DNA from: Ruditapes philippinarum
Taxonomy: Eukaryota
Direction: 5' to 3'
Assembly (NCBI RefSeq): GCF_026571515.1
Contig: NW_026862146.1
Coordinates: 124,001 to 188,000, forward strand
Length of the DNA stretch: 64,000 nt
Under the pieces are notes generated by a model. The model worked only from the letters and a program-made list of their open reading frames with translations, was not told the origin of the DNA and searched no databases. Within the stretch, counting starts at the first letter, position 1. Every line of letters begins with the position of its first letter. Positions 62,063-64,000 of this stretch are shown piece after piece. The position numbers and the translations under genes are program-made.

Positions 62063-64000
62063 GTGGAAATTGCGACTTGAAAGAAGAAGTTAAAGATCCC
62101 TATGATTGGGTGCCAAGTGGGCATCAGACGAAACCTGATATTAACATAATGGAACCAACTATGGTCAATCCATGTTCATATGATTCTGTAACAAATGTTT
62201 TGAAGGTATAATGATTAATTTCAATTTAACCTTTAAATGAAAATAATTCATTCTTTGATGGAATGCATTTCATCATTATCATTTACGTTTAGCTAATTAT
62301 AATTATGACATTTTTTGTTTTTTATGTAACCATATTGTTGTATTATGGGTATATTAATTAATATGTACACAGAGCGTGCACTTGTAATATATAACACAGC
62401 CACGTGTTACTAGTTATATGTTTAATGACCACTGGATGTTCCAAGTATATAATTGGCGGGAAAATAATGGACATGCGCATTACAGTATAATATATTATTA
62501 AGATTAAACATATATGTATACAATATACAACACATATTATGCAAAACTTCCATTTACATCTTAATGAATCATATTTACAAATAAAAGTTATTCATTGAAG
62601 TTATTGTTATAGAATATTTTTTGATTTACATGAATTATATATGTAAATATAAAACGATACTGTAATTAAAAATAAATAAAGAGATATATGAAGTTGACTT
62701 CCTTTATAAGATTGTCAATATCATTGTTGAATAATGCATTATTATAAAGCATGTAAAGTAAAAATCGATTTTTTTAAACATACCTTGTCCTTGGAATTTC
62801 AGCATGTGAAAGATCAGGTAGGCGTCGGTGAGAAAAGGCAGTGGTCATGTGTTGGATGCGACGGACTTCCTTACATTCTCGGAAGCAGGATAATTGATCG
62901 AAATAATGATTTGAAGGACTTACTTCTTATTCCTGGTTATGGTCACCTTGAAATGAATGTCGTTAAGAGTTGCTTTAAACTGCTCTGGGATATATCCTTG
63001 CAAGACCTGGCACAGATGCTAGGTTTTCGAACGCCACGAGCCCTTGTCTGTTGTCAGAATTGCACAGATCATCATAAGGCATGGATGATGTTAAAAATAT
63101 TTCTGTTTGGTACAATCGATGAACTTCTATATACTTATGTGTCTTTCATAAGAATAGAAAAACAAACACCCACTGTAGATGGTTTATATGCTTACAAAGC
63201 TCAAAGTGAAGATAAAAACTATAGATTTATGTGTGACGTTTTACTTAATTATGTTTTAGCTGTGTTTGTATTTAGATGTGGAGTACGTAGAAATAATTAT
63301 AGGTATATAATGGCTGGGAAGTGCAAATTCATGAAATTATTTTACGGATTTAATCAAACTTATTATCAGGAAATTATGTTCAGAGATTTAAAAGCAAGGG
63401 TTTTTGCACCTGAAGAAGTTAAACAATTCTTGGAAAACACAGAATCCTTCTCTATATCGGGGGATCATAGCAAGGGAGAGGGTGGTGATTTTGTGTTGGA
63501 AGCGGTGAATGGGCGAGCAAAACGGTGGCTTCCACCCGGCATTCCAACGCAGAATCATTGGTTAAAAGTTTGCCGAAATTTAGATTCATTGCAAAAGGTA
63601 CAATTATAAATTTGAGATAAGTGTGTGAAATACTTGATAAAGCTAAAGTTATGTTATTCAAATGATCATAAACAGCTTTTGTCGGGATATGTTAACCAAA
63701 TGGTTCATAGCATTGTATAATCTGTGTCATTCCTATATTTTCATTATATATATGAAAAAGTTATTAATCACATACATATATTAATGGAACATATTCATAT
63801 CCGCATTAACTCTATAAAATGATATAAGTATTTGAAATGAATTGATATTTTAAAATTATATGCAAGTTTGTCATTTCATTGATTAATGATTTTAATCATA
63901 TCTTTATGTAGATTAAAGATAACACTTTTAATCAACTTGATTTGAAACAACCAACTCCAAAAATGTATCAGCGAGATATAACCACTGAAGTATTAGAATG
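62063..64000 (+). CDS. Spliced Academ-like (DUF6589-type) DDE transposase, incomplete at window end
   Basis: In-frame exons 62063-62205, 62803-63597 and 63912-64000+. Motifs VNPCSY, GCDGLPY, PGYGHLEMN, DHHKAW, EGGDFVLEAVN resemble the DQPLY / GGLHIEM / DxxxEQxN pattern I recall for Academ transposases. Family assignment is by motif recall, not by a search. Confidence 0.68.

Overview
AT-rich animal genomic DNA, most likely a bivalve mollusc (inferred from its satellite-carrying Pearl/DTC84-like elements, tRNA-SINEs and MITE types). It is not prokaryotic and has no CRISPR or operons. Two spliced host genes lie head-to-tail on the minus strand. The first is a secreted pancreatic-lipase-family gene (8 exons traced, 36825 to 26316; last exon unresolved next to a 151-N gap). 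The second is PPM1G/PP2C-gamma (10 exons traced, 54058 to 42429; exon 1 not found and probably beyond the window; two exons frameshifted). On the plus strand, upstream of the first traced PPM1G exon, lies a multi-exon Academ-like DDE transposase that runs off the window end. The rest is repeats: two 3' LINE fragments, tRNA-SINEs, five satellite-carrying non-autonomous elements, three unrelated CAG...CTG elements with 5-bp TSDs (hAT5-like), a nest of DNA transposons, a MITE whose left arm has been amplified into a tandem array, and several mini/macro-satellites. I found no clearly new biological system. The best leads are the spliced transposase, the 5-bp-TSD element cluster and the MITE-to-satellite transition.
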